Positions 1 to 8,755 of a DNA stretch of 43,560 bases are shown in pieces. A program made the translations under genes and the position numbers. Positions within the stretch are counted from its first letter, which is position 1. Each line of letters starts with the position of its first letter. The notes beneath the pieces are model-generated. The model saw only the letters and a list, made by a program, of their open reading frames with translations, did no database searches and was not told the DNA's origin. Source of the stretch: an uncultured Eubacteriales bacterium (GTDB taxonomy: Bacteria > Bacillota > Clostridia > Peptostreptococcales > Anaerovoracaceae). The DNA is taken from contig CADALS010000009.1 of assembly GCA_902788795.1 (NCBI GenBank), positions 1 to 43,560 on the forward strand. Direction: 5' to 3'.

Positions 1-783
1 AAACAGCACACCAAGACCTATGTAGAGAAGAGAGCACACCAGTCCAGCGCGTCTTCTGCGCTGCTGCGCAAGGAGTTCCGCCACCTGCTTGGAAGCGCAA
101 CTTACATGCTCAACTGCGCCCTTGGCTGCGTAATGATGCCCGCGCTTGCGGTGTTCGTGCTTATAAAGTCGGGTACCGTAAGAGACTTCATCGGTCTTAT
201 GAGCGCGGATCCCGCAATGGGCGGCATTATGAAATACCTGCCGCTCCTGCTGGCTGCCGCCGGATGCTTCTCGGCATCATTAAACGACCTCACAGCGCCC
301 TCCATAACCCTGGAATCCAAGACCCTGTGGCTGCTCAAGTCCCTCCCGGTGGACACCATGGAGATATTCGAGTCCAAGAAGCGCCTGCACGAGATCCTTA
401 CCATCATCCCGGTGGTGATCCTCCACGCGGCCCTCTGCTACGCCTGCGGCCTGAGCCTTAAGGACTCCGTGATGAGCGGCCTGATGCCGGTGGTGTTCGT
501 GATGTTTATCAGCGTTCTGGGCCTGGTGGTCAACCTGAAGCTGCCCAACCTTGGCTGGACCAACGAAGCCGCGGCTGTAAAGCGCAGCGGCAGCGTCTTC
601 CTGACCATGTTCGGAAGCTGGGCAGTCCTGATAGTGCTTGCCGCCGTGTACGCGCTCCTGCTCTACAAAACGATAGCGCCGGAGCTCTTCCTGCAGATTC
701 TGATCGGTATATTCCTTGTTTTGACCATTATACTGAACATGTGGCTCCGCAAACGCGGCACCCGCGTCTTCGCCGACCTCTAA
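1..783 (+). CDS. Multi-pass membrane protein, C-terminal part (ABC-2-type exporter permease-like); the 5' end lies outside the window
   Basis: Frame 1 is open from nt 1 (KQHTKTYVEKRAHQSSASSALLRKEFRHLLGSATY...) into the 106..783 track ORF. It has several long hydrophobic helices and a TAA at 781-783, followed by a repeat block and a hairpin. The family call rests on general resemblance only. Confidence 0.55.
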   Translation, partial: KQHTKTYVEKRAHQSSASSALLRKEFRHLLGSATYMLNCALGCVMMPALAVFVLIKSGTVRDFIGLMSADPAMGGIMKYLPLLLAAAGCFSASLNDLTAPSITLESKTLWLLKSLPVDTMEIFESKKRLHEILTIIPVVILHAALCYACGLSLKDSVMSGLMPVVFVMFISVLGLVVNLKLPNLGWTNEAAAVKRSGSVFLTMFGSWAVLIVLAAVYALLLYKTIAPELFLQILIGIFLVLTIILNMWLRKRGTRVFADL

Positions 784-786
784 ACT

Positions 787-874
787 AAGCACTCGGGGAC
801 GGTTCTCAGGTGCCGACTTCACAATAAGCACTCGGGTAAGCACTCGGGGACGGTTCTTAGGTGCCAACTTCACA
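787..874 (+). repeat. Two direct copies (787-823, 838-874) plus an 11-nt partial copy (826-836) of a ~37-bp intergenic repeat, AAGCACTCGGGGACGGTTCTCAGGTGCCGACTTCACA
   Basis: Read directly. The two full copies differ at 2 positions. The same unit occurs inverted at 1036-1116. Confidence 0.9.
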
Positions 875-880
875 AAAGAA

Positions 881-913
881 AAACAGAGGCGGTTTCGGCT
901 GCCTCTGTTTTGT
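881..913. terminator. Bidirectional rho-independent terminator between convergent genes
   Basis: The hairpin is aaacagaggc-ggtttcggct-gcctctgttt. T-runs follow on the plus strand (ttttgttgtt) and A-runs precede it, which read as T-runs on the minus strand. Confidence 0.7.
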
Positions 914-1027
914 TGTTATTAAATGTTTGAAGCGGGTGTCTGCATCTCTGGGACACGCTCTCGCTACCAGGGAACCCGGTCCAAACCCTTTGAGCACAGC
1001 TAAACGGCGCAACGTCGATCCGCTCAC

Positions 1028-1116
1028 TGGCCATTTGTGAAGTTGGCACCTGAGAACCGTCCCTAAGTGCTTGGCCATTTGTGAAGCTGGCACCTGAGAA
1101 CCGTCCCCAAGTGCTT
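1028..1116 (-). repeat. Two tandem inverted copies (1036-1072, 1080-1116) of the 787-874 repeat unit, each preceded by GGCCATT
   Basis: The reverse complement of tgtgaagttggcacctgagaaccgtccctaagtgctt matches the 787-823 unit with a few mismatches. The last copy abuts the stop codon of the 1119..1964 gene. Confidence 0.9.
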
Positions 1117-1118
1117 AC

Positions 1119-1964
1119 TTAGTTTTTTGGGGTGTCGTCCCCACTTGGCGCGGGCGTCACCTTGGGAATGGACTTTGTCTGGGTCTCACCGCAGACCGGG
1201 CAGGTGCGCTGCTGAAGCCCCTCCTGCTCAGTGGTCGGCTCGTACATAGTCTGCCAATTGCCCCAGTTGTGGCCCCTGGCAGCGATGGTCTCCGAGTACG
1301 AAGTACCGCACTCCCTGCAGGTAAACGTCAGCTCACCGGCCGCCGTGCAGCTGGCCTCCTTGGTTATCTTGCTCTCATACAGATGCTTCCCCGTGGCCGG
1401 CAGCAGCTCCGTGTACTCCAGGCCGCAGTTCTTGCAGGTGTAGGTAATCTCGCCTATCTCCACGCAGGTAGCCCTGCGGCTCACCCTGGATTCGAACTCG
1501 TGCCTGCCCGTGGCCGGGATAGCGTCTATCTGCTCCCTGTCGCAGGTCTTGCACTTGTAGACGATACCGCCATCCGCCACGCAGGTCGGCTGGCGAGTCT
1601 CAAGATACTCAAACATGTGATTGCCCGTGGCCGGAATATTCTCCTTGTAAGTCTTGCCGCACACGCTGCACGTGAATTCGCGCTCCCCGGTCTCCGCACA
1701 GGTAGCCTCCTTCACCACAGTTGACGAATACTTGTGGTCCTCCGTGGGCGGAATAGCCTCCGTGTAGGTGTCACCGCAGCCGTAGCACCGGAAGCTCTTC
1801 TCTCCGGCCTCCTTGCAGGTAGCCTCTTTCACCACCGTGGCTATGTATTCGTGCTTATGCGCCACATTGTTCTTCTTACCCCCCTTGCTGCCGCAGCCGC
1901 CAAGCGCGATCAGTGCCGCAGCCGCCAGCGTCAGAACAAGCAGCAGTCTCCCCTTTTTACTCAT
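1119..1964 (-). CDS. Secreted lipoprotein with 5-6 tandem ~38-aa Cys/His-rich repeats
   Basis: The N-terminus MSKKGRLLLVLTLAAAALIALGGCGS has a signal peptide plus lipobox (LGGC). The repeats follow the pattern H-x-(Y/F)-x5-8-(A/P)TC-x3-G-x5-C-x2-CG-x9-12-(A/P)TG-x-H. Confidence 0.85.
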   Translation of the reverse strand: MSKKGRLLLVLTLAAAALIALGGCGSKGGKKNNVAHKHEYIATVVKEATCKEAGEKSFRCYGCGDTYTEAIPPTEDHKYSSTVVKEATCAETGEREFTCSVCGKTYKENIPATGNHMFEYLETRQPTCVADGGIVYKCKTCDREQIDAIPATGRHEFESRVSRRATCVEIGEITYTCKNCGLEYTELLPATGKHLYESKITKEASCTAAGELTFTCRECGTSYSETIAARGHNWGNWQTMYEPTTEQEGLQQRTCPVCGETQTKSIPKVTPAPSGDDTPKN

Positions 1965-3210
1965 CTGCCTTCTCTGCCTCCTTTTTACCCTTGAATATTG
2001 CCTCCGAAAGCGTAGACACGAGTCCTTTTGTAATGTCTATCACTGTGGCCGGCATATCTGTGATCTTCTTCTTTGCAGCATCCACCGCCGCAACCTGAAG
2101 CTCCGCCAGGCTGCGCTTGGTCTCATCGCTGAAGCCTTTGACCTTGGAGAGTATAGCCTCCAGGCCAGCAATGCCGCCGGCTGCCATATCCTCCAAGTTC
2201 TCCGCGCCGCTTGCCGCAGCCGCCTCGTAGAGCTCGTCTATAAGCACCGCGCGGTCGTCGAACGGAATGCTCTCTATCCAGTTGCGCAGCGTAGCGTCCA
2301 TAACGTTCTCCTTGGGCTCCTGCACCTCCGAAAGCCCCAGCCTTCCGTGGTCCACGCACCAGGACGCGATGTTATGCTCCAGGATGCCCATGTTGTTCGA
2401 AACGATGACCTTAGTATCAGTTATCTTGACCTCCATGATGCGCCCAATAACATCGTATTCGGGTATCACCTTGGTGGTCTTTGGATCGATCTTCTCTATA
2501 AGATCCAGGCTCATGACCTCAGGCGCGAAGCCGGGGCCGTCAAGATCCCAAACATGCTCCACGCGGTCCATCAGCTCCTCCGGAAGCAGCGCCGCCGCGT
2601 ACAGCGCCAGATTGCCGCCCTTGGAGTGGCCGCCTATGTACCAGGTCCGCAGAGCCTCCTGGCGGGCTTTTTCTATAGTAGAGCGCCTGCGCAGGAAGGT
2701 AGTGCTTGGAATGCCGTCCAGGTCTGCCTCGTCCCCCTTGGTGATTACGCGCCTTGCGTACTCCAAAGCCTTACGCTGCGCCACGGTCTGGGTGTAGCCT
2801 ATCATAAAGTCCTCTTTCCAGCCAATCAGGGAGCTGTCCGTGCCCCTGAAGGCTATAAAGGACCACTCATCCTCAAAGCTGAACGTTACCGCCGAGAACT
2901 GCAGGTTCTGGTCCAGGTCCATCTCCTCCACATAATCGCTTATGTAGAGCTGGCCAAACCTCTTGCTTGCTGCCGCCGCGCGGAAAACGTCCACGTTGCC
3001 AAGGTCTCCCCCGGTTATCTTCAGCTTAAGCTTGCCCTCCGGGATGAAAGGCATGCATTCTGCCACCGTGGCCTCGCCGTCCTTGTCCAGGACCGGAGCC
3101 AGATCGAAATACGAGATGAGGCAGAGTATCACCGCATCGACATCGTTAAAGGGCTTGCCGTTAAAGTCCACATCCCCCAGCCATTCGATATAATCTCTGA
3201 GATCATCCAT
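1957..3210 (-). CDS. DUF2974 (Mbeg1-like) alpha/beta-hydrolase or lipase-like protein
   Basis: Supporting motifs are the N-terminal YIEWLGDVDF...ILCLISY, FIAFRGTDSSLIGWKEDF, and the nucleophile elbow GGHSKGGNLALYAA. Its stop overlaps the start of the downstream lipoprotein gene by 8 nt. Confidence 0.8.
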   Translation of the reverse strand: MDDLRDYIEWLGDVDFNGKPFNDVDAVILCLISYFDLAPVLDKDGEATVAECMPFIPEGKLKLKITGGDLGNVDVFRAAAASKRFGQLYISDYVEEMDLDQNLQFSAVTFSFEDEWSFIAFRGTDSSLIGWKEDFMIGYTQTVAQRKALEYARRVITKGDEADLDGIPSTTFLRRRSTIEKARQEALRTWYIGGHSKGGNLALYAAALLPEELMDRVEHVWDLDGPGFAPEVMSLDLIEKIDPKTTKVIPEYDVIGRIMEVKITDTKVIVSNNMGILEHNIASWCVDHGRLGLSEVQEPKENVMDATLRNWIESIPFDDRAVLIDELYEAAAASGAENLEDMAAGGIAGLEAILSKVKGFSDETKRSLAELQVAAVDAAKKKITDMPATVIDITKGLVSTLSEAIFKGKKEAEKADE

Positions 3211-3224
3211 TGCTATCCCTCCTA

Positions 3225-4079
3225 TTATTTCGGCTGCACCGGCAGGTACATTTTGCGCAGAATAAACTGCTTCAGCCTGTCCGGCAGGAACCTGAGCAAA
3301 AACATCAATGCTTTATATTCGAAGCCAACGGCGACGCGCAACGGCGGGTTTTTCTTTCCGATGAGCTTCATGACGACCGCCGCCACGCTGGACGGATCCC
3401 GGCCGTTCTGCTCGTCGTGCTCCATGCGCGCCACGCTCTTTTTTACCGCCTCCGCGTAGGGCGACGCTTCATCTATATAGGTCTTGCGCGCTCCGGTGAA
3501 CCCGGTCTTTGTGTCCCCGGGCTCCACTATAACTGCATGCACCCCAAAGCCGCGCATCTCCATATTGACAGCCTCCACGTAGGCCTCCAGCGCGTACTTG
3601 CTGGACGAATAGTGGCTCTGCATGGGTATGGGCACCTTGCCTGCAATGGAGCCGATAACTATGAACAGCCCCTTGCCCTGCTTGCGCATCTTTGGAAGCA
3701 CCAGGTTTCCCACCTGAAGCACACCAAAGTAGTTGGTCTCCATCTGCGCCCTGGCGAGCTCCATAGGAAGCTCCTCCGCGCTGCCCGCCACACCCATTCC
3801 TGCGCACAGAACGGCTATATCTATCCGCTCCATGGAGTCCACGACTTTTGCAACTGAATTGTAGTTTGTGACGTCCATGGGCTTGAAGCTGATAGCCCCA
3901 GAGACGCCAGAACCGTTGATATTCTGCGGATTTGCGGCATATTCAACGACCCGCTCCGCGCAGCTTCTGGACACCGCCGTGACCTGGCACCCGGCCTTAG
4001 CCAGCGCCTCTGCCACAGCAAGGCCGATGCCTCTGGACGCGCCGGTCACCAAAACGTTTTTTCCGTATAAATTGTTCAA
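3225..4079 (-). CDS. Short-chain dehydrogenase/reductase (SDR) family oxidoreductase
   Basis: It has the Rossmann motif VLVTGASRGIG and the catalytic YSSSKYALEAY (YxxxK). Confidence 0.9.
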   Translation of the reverse strand: MNNLYGKNVLVTGASRGIGLAVAEALAKAGCQVTAVSRSCAERVVEYAANPQNINGSGVSGAISFKPMDVTNYNSVAKVVDSMERIDIAVLCAGMGVAGSAEELPMELARAQMETNYFGVLQVGNLVLPKMRKQGKGLFIVIGSIAGKVPIPMQSHYSSSKYALEAYVEAVNMEMRGFGVHAVIVEPGDTKTGFTGARKTYIDEASPYAEAVKKSVARMEHDEQNGRDPSSVAAVVMKLIGKKNPPLRVAVGFEYKALMFLLRFLPDRLKQFILRKMYLPVQPK

Positions 4080-4110
4080 AACAGACCTCCAAACCTTGCC
4101 TGGCCGCCCT

Positions 4111-4998
4111 CTACTCCGTGTAGTACTTCACCCCGTACTGGTCCAGGAACGCCTTTATTATATCCACGTGTATGCACTGGCCGACGTGCAGGAAGGGCTG
4201 GTTGTTCACCACCTGCTCCCTGCCGCCCAGCTTCATCTTTTCGCCTATCATGTCGAAGCCAAGGTGCAGATGCTTGGTTGCGGACTGCATGCCCCAGATA
4301 ACTCCGCAGCTGTCGAACAGCGGGCCGCCGCTCTGGCCGCGCAGCCCCGGCGTGCTGATCTCCAGCCCGTACACCTTGCCGTCCTTGCCCGCCAGATGCC
4401 TTGTAAACATGCCCTCTATCGGAAAGCGCGGCGTGTTGCTGCTCCCCGCCGAAGCATCCCAGACTATATCGTCCGTGGCTGCGTCGTAGCGGAAATCCGC
4501 GTACTCCGGGAACGGAAAGCCCAGCCTGCAGAGGAAGTCTCCCGGCCTTACCGCCTTGCCGTCCCTGGCGAACACCGCGTGCCCCGTGTAGAGCAGCTTG
4601 TCGTACTGCTTAAAGTGGATCAGCGCCAGGTCGTAGTCCGGGTGACGGTTGATATCGAACTCCCGGATGCCGCTTACGCTGCCCGCAAAAGCCACCTTTA
4701 TCTGCGCGGTCTGCCCCGCCTTAAAGCCATGCACCAGCTCCAGCTTTTTCAGCGACGCCGCCGCGTTCTTGCCGGAAAGGGCTGCGCGCTCTTTGCGGAA
4801 CTGGTCGTACTTCTTGTTCAGCTGATCCGCGTGTATTATCTCGTCCGCAACGTGCTTGCAGGTTACCGCCCAGCCCTCGTCGTTGACGAAAAACAGCGTG
4901 GCAAGCCCCGGCAGCACCGCGGTCTCCTTGTATTTTCTGCTTATTATCTTGACCGGCCTTGTAAAGCCGCCCACTTTTTCTATCGCGTCTGCAAACAT
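4111..4998 (-). CDS. Trypsin-like (S1/chymotrypsin fold) serine peptidase with no signal peptide
   Basis: The triad contexts are VTCKHVADE (His), PDYDLALIHF (Asp) and RGQSGGPLFD (Ser). The N-terminus MFADAIEKVGGFTRP is not hydrophobic. Confidence 0.75.
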   Translation of the reverse strand: MFADAIEKVGGFTRPVKIISRKYKETAVLPGLATLFFVNDEGWAVTCKHVADEIIHADQLNKKYDQFRKERAALSGKNAAASLKKLELVHGFKAGQTAQIKVAFAGSVSGIREFDINRHPDYDLALIHFKQYDKLLYTGHAVFARDGKAVRPGDFLCRLGFPFPEYADFRYDAATDDIVWDASAGSSNTPRFPIEGMFTRHLAGKDGKVYGLEISTPGLRGQSGGPLFDSCGVIWGMQSATKHLHLGFDMIGEKMKLGGREQVVNNQPFLHVGQCIHVDIIKAFLDQYGVKYYTE

Positions 4999-5067
4999 AG
5001 TCTGCTCCTTTTTCTGCGCTCCGCAGCCGGCCGTTGCTGTGTTCTTCGTTCCGGCCTGGGCAAAGCG

Positions 5068-6672
5068 TTATCCCCAAAGTCCGGAAAGCATTGGAATTAT
5101 CTGCTTTTTGCGGCTCATCACGCCGGGCAGGAACACAGCGTTTTCCTTTGGCTCCGCGCCGAATGCCAGCTGAATGGTCTCGTCATTGCCCACATAGAGC
5201 AGCGTAGAGCCCTCTTTGAGTATATCGGTGACCATCAGTATCACCAGGTCGAAGCCCTCCCTGGCCTTGAGCGCCGCCATTACATCCAGCAGCTCCGCCT
5301 TTCTCGCCAGCAGGCCGCTTGGATCCACGCTGCTGATCTGACTGACCCCGATGTTCTTCTCCGCAATATGGAATGCCTTGTAATCCGCGCCGAACAGCTC
5401 CTCCGCGCTCTTGCTGGCCTCGTCTCCGGCGGCAAACAGCACCTTGCCGAGCTCCTCCACCGTAACTCCCGCGATCTTGCAGAGCTTTTCCGCCGCCGCT
5501 ACATCGCGCGCCGTGCAGGTTGGGCTCTTGAAGACTACCGTGTCGGACAAAATGGCGCCTGCCATCAACCCTGCTATCTTTGGCGACGGCTCTATGCCCC
5601 TCTCCTGGTACATGGCCGTAAGTATGGTTGCGGTGCAGCCCACCGGCTCATTGCGCATAAGTATAGGCTGGCCGGTCTGTATGTCCGCAAGCCTGTGGTG
5701 GTCTATGATCTCCCGGATCTCAACCTGCTCCAGCCCGGGTACGGACTGCGATGCCTCGTTGTGGTCCACAAGCACTACATGCTTGCGCCTCGGACGCAGC
5801 AAGTGGAAGCGGCTCACGGTGCCCAGCACCTTGCCCTCCGCGTCCAGCACCGGGTAGCTGCGGAAGCGGCTCTTTAGCATAACCTCGCGGACATCGTCCG
5901 CGTAATCTTCTATATGGAAAGCCACGATCTTCTCCGCGTTGCATATGCGCTCCACTGGCAGTGCCTGGCCTATGAGCCTGGATACATGCCTTGCGCAAAG
6001 CGGCGTGGAAATGATGATGGTATCTGCAACTGATTTCCAGTGCGGGTCTATATCCGCCCTGCAGAGCACCAGGCAGCGCACACCGGCCGCCAGAGCCTGC
6101 TCCACCACATCAGGCTGGTCCCCGCAGATCAGGACGCTCTCCGGATCCGTGAGCCTTTCGGACTCGTAGTTCTGCGGGAGGTATATGGACACGTTGCCGC
6201 TCAGGAACTCCGCCGCGGCCGCCGGGTTCACCAGCTCGCCCTCAAGGACGCTCACCAGGTTGGCCAGCGGCACATCCTCTATGCGGTTTTCCGCCATGGA
6301 CTCCAGCTCGTACCTTGCAAGGTCCCCAAAGGACAGCATCCCAAACAGCTTGCCGCCGTCCACCACAGGCACCGCCCGCAGCTCCTGCTCCAGCATGGTC
6401 CTCATGGCAAAGTCCACCGTAACGCTGCGCTCCAGCACCGGCGTCTTATCGAAATCCAGGTCCTTCACCTGGGTGCGCAGGTTGCCCACCAGCTCCGGAG
6501 CCTCCGCCCCAAAGTAATCCAGCAGCCTCTGCGTCTCGTCGTTCACCGAGCCAAGGCGCACCGCCTTGTACTCGTCCTCTCCTGCCGCGTTCTTGAGCGC
6601 CGCGTACGCCAGCGCCGAACTGATCGAATCTGTATCCGGGTTCCTGTGACCCGTCACGAATATCTTGCTCAT
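5068..6672 (-). CDS. ppaC: CBS-domain-containing family II (DHH/DHHA2) inorganic pyrophosphatase
   Basis: I chose the start at the ATG at 6672 (MSKIFVTGHRNPDTDSISS), which has GGAAGAGGG upstream. Motifs present are VLVDHNE, IIDHHR and a DHHA2-type C-terminus (LPGVMSRKKQIIP). A CBS pair is inserted after the first DHH motifs. Confidence 0.85.
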   Translation of the reverse strand: MSKIFVTGHRNPDTDSISSALAYAALKNAAGEDEYKAVRLGSVNDETQRLLDYFGAEAPELVGNLRTQVKDLDFDKTPVLERSVTVDFAMRTMLEQELRAVPVVDGGKLFGMLSFGDLARYELESMAENRIEDVPLANLVSVLEGELVNPAAAAEFLSGNVSIYLPQNYESERLTDPESVLICGDQPDVVEQALAAGVRCLVLCRADIDPHWKSVADTIIISTPLCARHVSRLIGQALPVERICNAEKIVAFHIEDYADDVREVMLKSRFRSYPVLDAEGKVLGTVSRFHLLRPRRKHVVLVDHNEASQSVPGLEQVEIREIIDHHRLADIQTGQPILMRNEPVGCTATILTAMYQERGIEPSPKIAGLMAGAILSDTVVFKSPTCTARDVAAAEKLCKIAGVTVEELGKVLFAAGDEASKSAEELFGADYKAFHIAEKNIGVSQISSVDPSGLLARKAELLDVMAALKAREGFDLVILMVTDILKEGSTLLYVGNDETIQLAFGAEPKENAVFLPGVMSRKKQIIPMLSGLWG

Positions 6673-6685
6673 TACTACCCTCTTC

Positions 6686-6895
6686 CTACAGCCCTTCTCT
6701 GTCCCTTTCCACGTTGAGCCCCGGGGCATCAGTTATGCGCCCTTCCGGCTCCTGCCCCGCCTTGTACGGCGTGTTGGAAAGCACGCAGTCGTAGAGGATG
6801 TTGATAACATCTATCTCCCTGGACTCCGTAAAATTCTTTAAGGGGAAATCCACCCCGAACATGTCCTTGTACTGCATCAAAAGCATCTCAAGCAT
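6686..6895 (-). CDS. Small hypothetical protein (69 aa)
   Basis: A GGAGG lies 8 nt upstream of the ATG, embedded in the end of the upstream MscS gene. The ORF is packed between two same-strand genes. I recognise no motif. Confidence 0.5.
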   Translation of the reverse strand: MLEMLLMQYKDMFGVDFPLKNFTESREIDVINILYDCVLSNTPYKAGQEPEGRITDAPGLNVERDREGL

Positions 6896-6898
6896 ATA

Positions 6899-7726
6899 TT
6901 ATTCCTCCTGTCCGTCGCTTTCTTCCTCCACCAGGCGCACCGCGATCCTCTCTTCCGGATCGTCTATGCCGTGCTCGCGCAGCGCCTTGGCGCAGCTCTC
7001 AATAAGATCCCAGTAAACATCCCAGTACTGCCTGGTATCGCACCATGCCCTCACGCTGAAGATGTAAGTATCATCATCCACAGCCGTGAGCCTTGCAAAC
7101 GGCGCCGGGTCGCTCAGAACGCCCGGAGTGTTTTCGGCCGCCTCGTACAGCACGCGCTTTACAAAGTCCGCGTCTATATCGTTGGTTATCTTGTGATCCT
7201 GATCTATCCTGCGTATCGGCTCCGCCGTAAAGTTCGTAACATTGGCGCTCATCAGGTCCCCGTTAGGCACCAGGATCTTCTTGTTGTCCAGGGTTATGAT
7301 GGTGGTGTAGAAGATGCTGATATCCCTTACATGGCCCTCCGCGCCGGTGGATTCGATGTAATCCCCTATCTTAAAGGGCTTGAATATCAGTATCATCAGG
7401 CCGCCTGCAAAGTTGGACAGCGCACCCTGCAGCGCAAGGCCCACAGCCAGTCCGCAGGACGCCAGCACCGCGACCACGCTGGACATAGGCACGCCCAGGA
7501 TCTCTATGACCCCGATAAACAGCAGAGCGTAGAGCAGCGTCTTTATCAACCTCTTGCCTATGACCTTTATAGTCTCATCAATATTGGCCTTGTCTATGCC
7601 CTTATCGATGATCCTGCAGAGGAGCCGGATCACGAAATACCCGATGATAAGCACCAGCAGGCCTATCACTATCTTGCCGCCGTAAGTGCTCAGAAAATCG
7701 ATACCGTTCTTTACGAATTGGTCCAT
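6899..7726 (-). CDS. mscS: Small-conductance mechanosensitive channel (MscS family)
   Basis: It has three N-terminal TM helices followed by FKPFKIGDYIE...GHVRDISIFYTTIITLDNKKILVPNG, which is typical of the MscS beta domain. Confidence 0.85.
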   Translation of the reverse strand: MDQFVKNGIDFLSTYGGKIVIGLLVLIIGYFVIRLLCRIIDKGIDKANIDETIKVIGKRLIKTLLYALLFIGVIEILGVPMSSVVAVLASCGLAVGLALQGALSNFAGGLMILIFKPFKIGDYIESTGAEGHVRDISIFYTTIITLDNKKILVPNGDLMSANVTNFTAEPIRRIDQDHKITNDIDADFVKRVLYEAAENTPGVLSDPAPFARLTAVDDDTYIFSVRAWCDTRQYWDVYWDLIESCAKALREHGIDDPEERIAVRLVEEESDGQEE

Positions 7727-7834
7727 TTCCGCCCTCCTGTTGATTTTAGTTACTTCTGCTTATTATAATATTATACCAAATGCGGGCTCAAGATGCTATA
7801 ATTATAGCCACCGGCAGACCTGAAAGGACTTAAA

Positions 7835-8719
7835 ATGGCGCAATCCCGTATCAATATAAAACGCTTCGTACCTGCGGTGATCATACTGCTGGCTGTGATC
7901 GCTGCAGCCGTGCTGTTTATCTTGCGGCCGGGTGCTGATAAAACGCCCACCCCCGCAAACAACGTCGCGCCGCAGGAGTCTTTCTCTCCCTCAAAGCCGT
8001 CCGACGACGGCAAGGACGATTCCGCAGAGCTGCCCCCGGATCCGGACGAGGCCGCAAGAGCCAGAGCCGCATCCATGCAGGACTACGCCATAGACCCAAA
8101 CACCGGCAGAGCAGCAGACATCACCACCATGGACGACAACTTCCTGCTGCTTGTAAACCGCACCCACGCCCTGGCATCCTCTTACGCGCCCTCGGACCTT
8201 GTTAAAGTTGAGCACTCCGTAAGCGGCGTAGGCATACCCGGCGAAACAGACCAGCTCCGCAAAGTGGCGGCCGACGCCTTCGAGGCCATGGTCGCAGCCG
8301 CAGAAAGCGGCGGCATCATTATAAAGCTGCGCACCGGCTACCGCTCCTACGCCTACCAGAGGGACCGCCTCTACAACGCTTACGTGGCGCAGTACGGGCG
8401 CGCCTACGCAGACACCATAAGCGCCCGTCCCGGCCAGTCGGAGCACCAGACCGGCCTTGCACTTGACGTAGGCGGAGCCTCCGAAGGCTTCGCGCTCTCA
8501 AGAAATTTCGGAAACACCAAGGAAGGCCAGTGGGTCGCGGAGCACTGCTGCGAATACGGCTTCATAATCCGCTACACAGACGGCACAAAGAACTCCCCCG
8601 GCCCCATAACCGGCTTCATATCCGAGCCCTGGCACCTGCGCTACGTAGGTGTCCAGCCGGCCACATCCATGAAAAACTCCGGCAAGCTCCTGGAGCAGTA
8701 CCTGGATGTAATGTACTAA
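7835..8719 (+). CDS. Membrane-anchored D-alanyl-D-alanine carboxypeptidase (peptidase M15B, VanY-like)
   Basis: It has an N-terminal TM anchor (FVPAVIILLAVIAAAVLFIL) and the zinc-ligand contexts SGYRSYAYQ, GQSEHQTGLALDV and EPWHLRYVG. Confidence 0.85.
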   Translation: MAQSRINIKRFVPAVIILLAVIAAAVLFILRPGADKTPTPANNVAPQESFSPSKPSDDGKDDSAELPPDPDEAARARAASMQDYAIDPNTGRAADITTMDDNFLLLVNRTHALASSYAPSDLVKVEHSVSGVGIPGETDQLRKVAADAFEAMVAAAESGGIIIKLRTGYRSYAYQRDRLYNAYVAQYGRAYADTISARPGQSEHQTGLALDVGGASEGFALSRNFGNTKEGQWVAEHCCEYGFIIRYTDGTKNSPGPITGFISEPWHLRYVGVQPATSMKNSGKLLEQYLDVMY

Positions 8720-8755
8720 GGCAAAACACATAGAATACAGCAAAGGAAGGGTATC

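Noticed and set aside
280-1093. The minus-strand ORFs at 280..873 and 857..1093.
   Set aside because: The first lies antisense to the membrane protein gene. The second is made of the intergenic repeat units and the terminator; its recurring KHLGTVLRCQLHK-like peptide is simply the repeat translated.
1813-5877. Very long plus-strand ORFs at 1813..3459 (548 aa) and 3868..5877 (669 aa).
   Set aside because: They lie antisense to four well-supported minus-strand genes: DUF2974, SDR, S1 protease and the pyrophosphatase. Their translations are Arg/Leu/Ala/His-rich with no motifs. Such shadow ORFs are typical of GC-rich coding DNA.
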